From positions 7,872-71,871 of IMG/VR virus record IMGVR_UViG_3300047408_000186: a stretch of 64,000 nt of DNA. The stretch is one strand, 5' to 3'. Positions 57,601-64,000 of the stretch are shown here, in pieces. How positions within the stretch are numbered: the first letter of the stretch is position 1; the number at the start of each line of letters is the position of its first letter. Below the pieces are notes generated by a model. The model was not told the DNA's origin. It did not search any database and saw nothing but the letters and a program-made list of their open reading frames with translations. This DNA comes from a virus. Made by a program: the position numbers and the translations under genes.

Positions 57601-60600
57601 GCATGCCGCCGGAGAACGGCAGATAGGTCGCATCCGCCGTGGTGATGTCGAGCTTGTTGGTGTTCAGCCACTCCAGTCCGGTCTGGACGTTGGCACCGAG
57701 CGCGCCGATCGGCGGCGCGATCATCACATTGGCGGCGATCATGTTCGCCTGCCCGATCGGCAGCCTGATCCACTGCGCGCCGTCGCAGACGATCCAGTCA
57801 GCAAGCTCGTAGGTGTCGGGCGGGATGTTGCCGCCGGGCAGCGATGTGCCGCCCTGCGTGACGATGACGAAGAAGCCCTTGTATGGCTCTGCCGGCGCGG
57901 GCAGCGGGCTGCCCTGCTCCAGCCCCGAGGCGATGGTGTAGTGGCCTACGTCGGTGACGACGTTGATGCCGCCGACGAAGAACAGGTCTTCCGCCAGCAC
58001 CGCGATCTCCTGGCGGAGCAGGTCGTCGGCCGCGTCCACGTATTGCTTCGGCGTCGCGTGCATCGGCGCGACCGGATCGATCGCCAGCGTCAGCGCCTTG
58101 GCGTTCTGCATGATCACGCCGCTGGTGCCGCTGACGCTCAGCACATCGACGCCGCCGTTGAAGAAATACGTCGAGCTTGCCGAAACGATGTTCAGCCGGT
58201 TGGCGGTGATCGAGAAGCCGAACGTCGCGGCATAGAGCTTGATGTGCTTCGACAGATCGTTAGGCGTCAGCACCGCCGCGCTGGTGAAGCCGATCGCATT
58301 GATGAAGTTGCCACCGTTGTCGGTGATCACCTTGTTCCAGCGCGACCAGCCGGTCGGCGCGCTGGAGGTGACGCGGAAATAGAGCGGCGTGGTGTCGGGC
58401 GTGCCGGTGGCGCCCATGAATAGCTGGCCAGCCCATCCGGCATTCGCCGAGTAGGATGTCAGCACGGTGCCCTTGTCGGTGGTGCCGCCGGTCGGCCCAT
58501 TGCTGGTGACGACCGGCCCGCCATACTGGCGCAGCGCCAGCCCGGTCGGGATGGTGTTGTAATCGACCGTGCCGCCGTTTTGCAGCGTGAGCGGCGTGAA
58601 GCCGAGATCGATATAGCGCTTCGTCACCGCGTGCATCGGCGCGGTGGGATCGACGCTCAGAGTGATGGTATGGGTCGATCCCCACATGATCAGACCGGTC
58701 GCATCGAAGCGGGCGACCTCCGCCCCGGCGATCAGGAAGGCGTGGATGCCGGTGCTGCCGGCATTGTAGTTCAGCCGCGCGGCGGTGACGCCGAAGCCGT
58801 AGCCGCCGGCATGCAGCGAGATGTGCTTGGACAGGTCGCTGCTCGACCCTCCCATCATCGTGCCGAAGCTGATGCCGCCGGTCATCACGCCGCCCGCCAG
58901 CGGCAGGTAGTTTCCGACAGGGATGCCCGCGACCTTGCTGTCTACGTATTGTTTGGTGGCGATGCCCAGCGCGGCGGTCGGGTCGCCGGCCACCGTGGCC
59001 AGCCCATCCGCGCGCGAGATGTCGAGCGCCACGCCGAGGCTGGTGCCGGTGTCGCTGAAGCGCGTGATCTGCATCGACGCGCCGGTGTTGTTGCCGCCTT
59101 CCACCAGCCCCGACATGCCGAGCGACCAGCGCGACGTGCCGGCGGAATACCACATGATCCGCCGCAGCGAGGCGATGGCGCCGTTCATTTGCAGCAGCGA
59201 GTTGGTGGTCGGCAGGCCGATCGTCAGGCTCGCCTGCACGCGCGCGCTGTTCAGCACGTCGAGCGCCGTGCCGCTCGCCGTGAAAGCGGTGACACCGGTC
59301 ACCGTGCCGCCGGTCTTGTCGAATTTGTTGATGTTCAGCCAGTCGAGGCCGGTCTGCACATTCGGCCCGAGCGCGCCGATCGGTGGCACGATCGCGACGT
59401 TCGACGCGATGGACTCGGCCTGCCCGATGGGTAGCTGAATCCACTGCACGCCGTCGCAGGCGATCCAGTCGGCGAGGAAGTAAGTGCCGGGCGGGATGTT
59501 GCCGACAGGCGGCACGCCCGCCTGCGTGACGATCACGTAGAAGCCCTTCAGGGCTTCCTCCGGCGCCGGCAGCGGTGTGCCGTCGGTCAGTCCCGACGCG
59601 ATGGTGTAGTGGCCGACGTCAGTGACGACATTGATGCCGCCCGCGAAGAACATATCGGCTGCGAGCACGTCGATCTCTTGCTGAAGCAGCGCGTCGGCTG
59701 CATCGACATACTGCTTGGTGGTCGCGTGCATGGCTGCTGTGGGCGGCGCGAACAGCGTGACCGCGCCGCGCTTCATGGTCAGGCCGGTGCCGCTGCTGAA
59801 CTGCGCGATCTCAAGCGAACTGCTCATCAGATAGATTGAGTCGGTGCCGGCGCCACCGCAGACGATGTTCAGCCGCGCGCTGGTTACGTTCAGGCCGAAG
59901 GTGGCGCCATAGAGCGCGATGTGCTTGGTGAAATCCGTCGTTGCCGAGGCGATCCCACCGATAAAGTTCATACCGGTGCCGATGCTGACGCGCCCGGACG
60001 CGCGGTTGATGGCGATCGGATTGACCGGCTGCGCGACGCCGGCGTCGTTGTAGCGGATGAACACAAAATCGGTGCCGGTGTCCGATCCGTTCTCATTGCC
60101 GCCGGCGCCGCCGATCGACCAGCGCAGCACGCCTACGCTCTGCCAACTGATGCGCCGTCCGGACGAGGCAATCGCATTGATGGTGATGCCGACAGCGCCA
60201 GTGGCGTTGGTGCCGATGGTCAGCGAATTGCGGAGCAGGCTGGTATTGGCGACGTCGATGCCATTGCCGGCGCCGTTGAAGTAGGTCGTTCCGGTGACGG
60301 TTCCGCCGGTCAGCGGCAAATAGTTTCCAATGGGAACGCCAGCGACCTTGCCATCCACGTATTGCTTGGTGGCGATGCCCAGATTGGCGGTGGGATCGCC
60401 CGATAGAGTGCCCAGCCCGGTGGACCGATTGAAGATCAGCGGCGCGCTGACATAGGTGCCGTCGTCGGCGTAGCGGTAAAGCCCGAAATCCGACCCCAGG
60501 TTGCCGGTGCTTTCCGGGTTAGGGTTGGCGCCCATCGCCCAGCGGGTGACGTTCGCGGTGCGGAAAATGAGGTAGCGTGATTTGCCGGTCGCAGCGTTCA

Positions 60601-62149
60601 GTTGGAGGCTGGTGGAGGCGCCGGTGTTGGTGCCGACCGTTACCGTGCCGTAGACGTTCAGTTGCGCCTGAAACGTCGTGATGCCGGAGACCGTGCCGCC
60701 CGCCAGCGGCAGATAGTTGCCGGTGAGATTATCGACGTATTGCTTGGGCGTCGCGTCCATCGCCTGCACCGGCAGCGCGAACAGGGTCAGCATCCCCTGC
60801 ATCGTGCCGCCGGACAGGCTCAGCTTCTGCGCATCGAGCCATGTCAGCCCGGTCTGCACATTCGGCCCCAGCAGACCGACGGGCGGCGTGATGGCGACCT
60901 GCGAGGCGATCAGGTCGGCCTGACCGAGCGGGAGGCGTATCCACTGATTGCCATCGCAGGCGATCCAGTCCGCCAGGGCGTAGTCGGCGGGCGGGATGTT
61001 GCCGGCGGTGCTCGACTGGCCGCCCTGCGTGACGATGACGTAGAAGCCTTTGTAAACCTGCGACGGCGCGGGCAGCGGCGAGCCGTCGATGAGTCCCGAG
61101 GCGATGGTGTAGTGCCCGACATCGGTGACGACGTTCAGCCCACCCGCGAAGAACATATCTTCGGACAGGACGTCGATCTCGCGCTGCAAGAGCGCGTCGG
61201 CGGCATCGACATACTGCTTGGGTGTGGCGTGCAACGGCGCGGTCGGGTCGCCCGGCAAGGTGACCGGCCCGCCCGAGAACAGCCCGCCAGTGTTCAGCCG
61301 CAGCATCGCCAGGGCGCCGTTTGCCCAGACATATTGCGCGCCGGTCGGCGCATTGAAATTGAACCGCGCCGCCGTGGTGTTGATGCCGTAGCCAGGATAG
61401 ATCGCGATATGGCGGCTGTTGTCGAGCGCGCCACCCGGCGCCAGCGCGCTGCCGAAGCTGATGCCGCCCGACATGGTGCCGCCAGCGAGCGGCAGATAGG
61501 CGCCAAGGTCGGTGGTGATCTTTGTATCCACATACTGCTTGGTGGCAGCGTGCATCGGTGCGGTGGGATCGAAGCCCAGCGAGACCTGATTGTTGGCATT
61601 GATGATGGCGCTGGCATTCAGCGGCTTGAAGATGTCCAGTGCTACGGCGCCGATCCGCGCAATGTCACCCTGCCACGCGGTGTCGGAACCGTAGGAAAAA
61701 TACAGGTAAGCCCCATACCGCATGATCCCGAATGACGTGGCGTTCGGGTTCACGAACAGCATGCCCGGCGCATAGTTCTGCAAGTTGCTCGCGCCGAGCG
61801 TCATCATTTGATAGCCGCCCCAGTTGTTTGGCATCTGGGTTACGGTCAAAGGTCCGGTGATGGTGCCGCCGGTCAGCGGTAGATATTTGGCGTCGAGGCT
61901 GCCGTCGATCAGGCTGGCATCGAACAGCAGCTTGCGCCCGGTCGGGTCGAGGCTCGGCTGCACACCGACCCAGACGCGCATCGGCGTGGCCTGCTCGATG
62001 GCAAGCTCGCCGTCCAGCAGAAGATTATTCGGCGGCGGATTGTCCGGTCGCGCTGTGCGGAAGTGCTGAATGACGTTCTGGCGATTCTCGCCGACAGTGT
62101 CGCGCGCCGCCCTCCGTGGCGGCAGCCAGAACCGGCCGATAAACGACAC
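51671..62149 (-). CDS. Giant (~3490 aa) modular fibre protein with C-terminal S74 intramolecular chaperone
   Basis: GTG start overlaps the upstream TAG; many YLPLxGGT and DPT..HAATKQYVD repeats; SDIRTK..LRPVRY..GLVAQE..LVNAVKEL. Confidence 0.88.
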   Translation of the reverse strand: MSFIGRFWLPPRRAARDTVGENRQNVIQHFRTARPDNPPPNNLLLDGELAIEQATPMRVWVGVQPSLDPTGRKLLFDASLIDGSLDAKYLPLTGGTITGPLTVTQMPNNWGGYQMMTLGASNLQNYAPGMLFVNPNATSFGIMRYGAYLYFSYGSDTAWQGDIARIGAVALDIFKPLNASAIINANNQVSLGFDPTAPMHAATKQYVDTKITTDLGAYLPLAGGTMSGGISFGSALAPGGALDNSRHIAIYPGYGINTTAARFNFNAPTGAQYVWANGALAMLRLNTGGLFSGGPVTLPGDPTAPLHATPKQYVDAADALLQREIDVLSEDMFFAGGLNVVTDVGHYTIASGLIDGSPLPAPSQVYKGFYVIVTQGGQSSTAGNIPPADYALADWIACDGNQWIRLPLGQADLIASQVAITPPVGLLGPNVQTGLTWLDAQKLSLSGGTMQGMLTLFALPVQAMDATPKQYVDNLTGNYLPLAGGTVSGITTFQAQLNVYGTVTVGTNTGASTSLQLNAATGKSRYLIFRTANVTRWAMGANPNPESTGNLGSDFGLYRYADDGTYVSAPLIFNRSTGLGTLSGDPTANLGIATKQYVDGKVAGVPIGNYLPLTGGTVTGTTYFNGAGNGIDVANTSLLRNSLTIGTNATGAVGITINAIASSGRRISWQSVGVLRWSIGGAGGNENGSDTGTDFVFIRYNDAGVAQPVNPIAINRASGRVSIGTGMNFIGGIASATTDFTKHIALYGATFGLNVTSARLNIVCGGAGTDSIYLMSSSLEIAQFSSGTGLTMKRGAVTLFAPPTAAMHATTKQYVDAADALLQQEIDVLAADMFFAGGINVVTDVGHYTIASGLTDGTPLPAPEEALKGFYVIVTQAGVPPVGNIPPGTYFLADWIACDGVQWIQLPIGQAESIASNVAIVPPIGALGPNVQTGLDWLNINKFDKTGGTVTGVTAFTASGTALDVLNSARVQASLTIGLPTTNSLLQMNGAIASLRRIMWYSAGTSRWSLGMSGLVEGGNNTGASMQITRFSDTGTSLGVALDISRADGLATVAGDPTAALGIATKQYVDSKVAGIPVGNYLPLAGGVMTGGISFGTMMGGSSSDLSKHISLHAGGYGFGVTAARLNYNAGSTGIHAFLIAGAEVARFDATGLIMWGSTHTITLSVDPTAPMHAVTKRYIDLGFTPLTLQNGGTVDYNTIPTGLALRQYGGPVVTSNGPTGGTTDKGTVLTSYSANAGWAGQLFMGATGTPDTTPLYFRVTSSAPTGWSRWNKVITDNGGNFINAIGFTSAAVLTPNDLSKHIKLYAATFGFSITANRLNIVSASSTYFFNGGVDVLSVSGTSGVIMQNAKALTLAIDPVAPMHATPKQYVDAADDLLRQEIAVLAEDLFFVGGINVVTDVGHYTIASGLEQGSPLPAPAEPYKGFFVIVTQGGTSLPGGNIPPDTYELADWIVCDGAQWIRLPIGQANMIAANVMIAPPIGALGANVQTGLEWLNTNKLDITTADATYLPFSGGMLTDFLSLHANPTAVMHATPKQYVDDQIATAISGVNTSLGNYLPLTGGTVTGTTYFNAQTGGGLNVLYNARIQGGLFLGMPGTTGGSISIDGTATAARRIYWYSGGSTRWSFGPNGVAEAGANAGTDLTLYRFDDAGVALGALVQFSRSTGQARFNNGIATTGGFAVSVTNLARHIDFYAGTYGINMTSGPARINHNAPAGASHVLLIGGGDVFTVSGGGVTVGNVTEVNKSIYHIGATGSNRRIYWQTDTRLRWGMGANSGAETGADVGSDFQILRYADAGNVLLSIPLTITRKTGLVSINNGASFGSATSATPQDLSKHIALFGTTFGISITSGRVNILTGGPTNSIYLLGGTQEFAQFANTGMTLKVGAVTLLANPTANLHAAPKQYVDAGDAALQTQIDVLAEDMFFCGGLNVVTDVGNYTIASGLVDGTALPAPATALKGFYVIVTQGGQSKAGNIPSAVYALADWIACDGIQWIRLPLGQANVIASQVAITPAIGSLGANVQTGLDWLNRNKLDLTGGTLTGQLRVNTPPGTGYGLDIYTGNSILARGNMTGWTGLALGQDNVNQGGITQNAGPGFYRRHQWNTNNIPRWTQDIYGNETGGDAGAAWNLTRFSDTGVNLGTVISFSRVDGLATIAGDPKVPLGIATKQYVDARELGGGGAYLPLAGGTLTGFLTLHAPPTAALHAATKAYVDQVAAGGTEAFLPLAGGTMTGFLTLNADPTAVAHAATKRYVDAADAAMQAEIDVLSSDMFFAGGIAVPTDVGHFTIASGIPDGESLPAPSEPLKGYYVIVTQGGVPPAASQMPQATYALADWIACDGVQWIRLPLGQADAIASNVAISPAIGSLGPDVQSGLTWLNTNKVNKAGDTMTGGLGFGSVVAAAPNNLTRHLMLWGNNFGASVTSNRLNLVAGTGSVVIMSGPTDIATFGAAGMTLNTGALTLKADPTGNLHAATKQYVDAQVAAGGAFLPLSGGTLTGDLTITAARYLNFQSTTTNTGQIHSDANWGLLIQGYAGGQADLALIGRAGPAQFKILSTGNVWINGVVTDTAGTVTLLNDPTADLHAVPKRYVDSADALLQREIDVLSEDMFFAGGLNVVTDVGHYTIASGLTDGGPLPAPSETLKGFYVIVTQPGVAKAGNIPAGTYALADWIACDGVGWIQLPLGQANIIASQVAITPAIGSLGANVQTGLQWLDTNKLNSTTASATYLPLAGGTMTGGLAFGSRLGASNSDITKHISLHANGFGFGITSNRLNYNVTAGGSHVFLTGTTDYVTISTQGLVINRGATGWSGHNYGKGLLVYGQGSNTAIGIFDSAGANPIALANSGAGKLVIAKMPAITDATTLPTIIATFDTAGSLINTGGLGFANAVAASAIDLSKHLRLYSSSYGFSITTSTMNVVSGGTIALYPAGATRAAYFNASGLTMDASKAITLSADPTAALHAATKQYVDSRVASVPVANYLPLAGGALTGFLTLHANPTAALHAVTKQYVDAAITGGTGAYLPLSGGTLTGPLNMTPHALTVGPIACTSDITATQASYAGWGTSGRIGLYGLDGFSMIYFEPSNAWALHFNVTTGELNWFNWENTSYLKIGGTGLVTVPFDLTIGGNVTGYDFWCGNAYRLSLSGGYFYSTADYTILLQDASNWQWRYTRATGAMEWVRGSDGVALLTIDGSGNAYVPVSMTSGYIHSTGAFMCDSGVFYVANNTNYYLARNINDGAWRFVEGGTVNLTIEATGNAVVRNALTVQGARIITYGVNNNASVTVWNQGAGYAAGIWCYDAGRLNFGSMTGAGEVSVAHGFLTASSLVFHGGTIQLQVWASGYNFCWGDNGGFNVPAMAYKPGGGPWATVSDIRTKTVLGDYDRGLAAICALRPVRYKHKDNWRRSGDEAEAKIGPHAMSVEMDTTFVGLVAQEAEIEMPEMVGAIDADVDGVAVNDLRTLDMTALPLALVNAVKELVAMNEALSARVAALETRTLH

Positions 62150-62715
62150 TACGACCCCCAGGTCAGCATCACGCCACGCGCCCAGGTCCACACGAGGCCG
62201 GCCATGGAATCCTCCATGCCGACCGCCAGCGTCTCATAGCCGCCGGTGCCGACCAGTTGCGCATACCATGCCCAGCGCTGGCCGTAGACCGTGTAATTCC
62301 ACGGCCCCCAGCCCTCCATCCCGGTCAGACTGTTGTCGTAGCCGACCGAGACCTTGCTGACCGACTTGGAGGATTTCATGCCGGTCTGCATCCCCGGCAC
62401 CATGCCGCCCGCGCCACCCGCGCCGCCCTGCCCCATGTATTGCGACATGGCGAGGAAATGCGCGGTCATCAGTTCGACGCCCAGTTGCTGCATCTGGCAC
62501 CAGACCGCCGGATTGCACATCACCGTGCTGGTATCGATGTGGAACTGAACCTGCGGATCGGGATACACCGTGACGTCGGCGAACTCCGGAAAGTGCAGAC
62601 GGAAGGTCGGCGGATTGGTGACCGTGCTGGTGGGTATGCCGCTCGGGATGATCGGCGGCGGCGGCGGCGTCGGCAGCGCGATCGGATGCGCGGGGTGTGG
62701 CCCGCTGCCGCTCAC
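62149..62715 (-). CDS. DUF4054 head-tail connector protein
   Basis: [36 protein letters not shown]. Confidence 0.85.
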   Translation of the reverse strand: MSGSGPHPAHPIALPTPPPPPIIPSGIPTSTVTNPPTFRLHFPEFADVTVYPDPQVQFHIDTSTVMCNPAVWCQMQQLGVELMTAHFLAMSQYMGQGGAGGAGGMVPGMQTGMKSSKSVSKVSVGYDNSLTGMEGWGPWNYTVYGQRWAWYAQLVGTGGYETLAVGMEDSMAGLVWTWARGVMLTWGS

Positions 62716-63026
62716 TTCCTGGCCCCCGCGATGCGCGCGAGATCACGCACGCCGATCACGGTGTCGCCGGTGACCGGCGTGGTGACCGGCGTGGTCGTGT
62801 TGATGCCGGTGTTCAGTCCGCTCGGCGCGGTGGTGGTTGCAGCCGGCAGGGCGGGCGCCGGCGTGTTGGAGACCGGCGTTCCGGTCGGCATTGTCGGCAT
62901 CTGGTCCTTCTCCCTCGCTTGGCGCAGTGACGCCGCGACCGCCTGCTTCTGCGGATAGCCGGCGTGCACCATCTCGCTGATGTTCTCGCTGATGGTCTCC
63001 TGGCCTGATCCGCTCTTGAGCGGCAT
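62712..63026 (-). CDS. Conserved small virion-region protein (MPLK.G.. QKQAVA family)
   Basis: [34 protein letters not shown]. Confidence 0.75.
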   Translation of the reverse strand: MPLKSGSGQETISENISEMVHAGYPQKQAVAASLRQAREKDQMPTMPTGTPVSNTPAPALPAATTTAPSGLNTGINTTTPVTTPVTGDTVIGVRDLARIAGARK

Positions 63027-63422
63027 CTACGGCGTGCCGAAGAAGCTGACCTGCGGCGCCGTCTCGCCCTGGCCCGGCAGCGGCTTGTCCTCCTGCGGGC
63101 CGCCGGCGAAGTAGTGCGCGCCCTCCGGCACCATGCCGGAGCGCGAGGCGACCTGCACGACGTCGGGTGGCAGCGGCGCGGGCGGCTGACTGATCTGCGC
63201 CGTCGGCAGGTTCCGGCGCACCGCCTGCTCGGTGTTCAGCATCGCTTGGGCATACTGCATCGAGCCGCGCGCGGGCGCCGGTGCGGGCGCGCCTTCCAGA
63301 TGCGCCTTCACATACCAGTCCTCGGCGACGTCATCATCGACGTCATGCTCGCCGAGGCTGTAGTGGCGTTTGCCGCTTTCGGTGGTGTGGATGAACGGCT
63401 TCGCGACCTTGATCGTCGGCAT
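63027..63422 (-). CDS. STY1053-like phage-associated protein
   Basis: IKVAKPF..G.H.VDDDVA..WYVKAH; AGGAG RBS; this family usually follows the capsid gene. Confidence 0.7.
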   Translation of the reverse strand: MPTIKVAKPFIHTTESGKRHYSLGEHDVDDDVAEDWYVKAHLEGAPAPAPARGSMQYAQAMLNTEQAVRRNLPTAQISQPPAPLPPDVVQVASRSGMVPEGAHYFAGGPQEDKPLPGQGETAPQVSFFGTP

Positions 63423-63951
63423 GGGCGGTCTCCTGACAAATGGGTCGCCACTCATCCATTGTTTGGTTGCGCTTTTTCGCATTGCAGCTTCGACAAAGCA
63501 GTTGCCGATTATGCGGCCAATGCGTGCCACCGCGCGACGGGGGAGTCTTGTGATCGACCTCATAACGCAGCCAACTGCTAAAGGCGCGCGAGCAGCCAGC
63601 GCATAATCCGCGCTGGAGTCGTATCAACCTTTCAACATCAGCCGCTGTGCATACACCATCGACTTTTATCGACTTCTGCTTTTTGCGCCAGTTGCGTTGC
63701 TTTCTGGCGTTGTAGTCTCGCCGTTCTTCGCCGGTTAAGTTGACATACCACACTTGCGCTCGACGAAGGTTTTCCTCCGGCGTTCTGTTTGGTCTCCGCG
63801 CACCATCGCAGACTGAGCAGGCGCGGTTTGCTACATATCTGGCGGCAACGTGCCCGCGTGGGCACGACTTGCCGGTGAAGTAGAAAAGAAGACCTTGGGT
63901 GCGCGCATCGCTGCACGAGATGATCTCCAAGGTCGTTTTGTCATCAGACAT
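63343..63951 (-). CDS. HNH homing endonuclease
   Basis: YFTGKSCPRGH..RY..C..C N-terminus; CAGC..VDHKTP.SRGG....NRQLLCRSCN..K; visibly more AT-rich than its flanks. Confidence 0.88.
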   Translation of the reverse strand: MSDDKTTLEIISCSDARTQGLLFYFTGKSCPRGHVAARYVANRACSVCDGARRPNRTPEENLRRAQVWYVNLTGEERRDYNARKQRNWRKKQKSIKVDGVCTAADVERLIRLQRGLCAGCSRAFSSWLRYEVDHKTPPSRGGTHWPHNRQLLCRSCNAKKRNQTMDEWRPICQETAHADDQGREAVHPHHRKRQTPLQPRRA

Positions 63952-64000
63952 GGTAGCATAATGCGCACGGGATAATACTCAGTCAACCATTCCTGGTGGG

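Larger units (their letters stand above)
1..64000. mobile_element. Tailed phage/prophage genome (contractile-tail morphotype), nearly complete in window
   Basis: Terminase, portal, MuF, sheath, tube, tape measure, baseplate, primase-helicase and ERF genes span the window; no host housekeeping genes seen. Confidence 0.95.

Noticed and set aside
34637-62149. Diversity-generating retroelement acting on the fibres
   Set aside because: No reverse transcriptase and no adenine-specific TR/VR pair seen; the repeats diverge like protein-level duplications.
1-64000. tRNA or rRNA genes
   Set aside because: No cloverleaf or rRNA signature recognised by eye; tRNAscan-SE would be needed to exclude them.

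Overview
The whole window is a high-GC tailed phage or prophage genome with a contractile-tail (myovirus-type) gene set. Its head genes are of the DUF1073-portal / MuF / DUF2213 type, its tail has a DUF3383 sheath, DUF3277 tube and DUF2612 baseplate, and the host is probably an alphaproteobacterium. The window seems to cover nearly the whole circularly permuted genome, with the major capsid gene presumably just beyond the edges. Layout: packaging and head genes (1-9.3 kb, minus strand); an early accessory region of small plus-strand genes driven by a repeated promoter motif (9.3-16.9 kb); replication, methylase and regulatory genes (17-29 kb, minus); recombination and small genes plus a beta-helix gene and a PEP-CTERM moron (29-34.2 kb, plus); and tail, neck, a giant 3.5-kaa fibre and an HNH gene (34.3-64 kb, minus). 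Most notable: (1) a head-protease-like DUF2213 protein, absent from the ORF track, extended into a polyprotein whose cargo domains (unknown, GNAT-like, Nudix-like) are delimited by a repeated DAFDPSEPR...G(E/Q)WT motif, with a small gene apparently overprinted in its linker; (2) a five-copy TTGACATAGTGCGCCA promoter/operator coupled to a GCACACA leader motif; (3) a phage-borne PEP-CTERM surface protein with an upstream TGT-N11-ACA box. All family assignments come from motif recognition by eye, not database searches.
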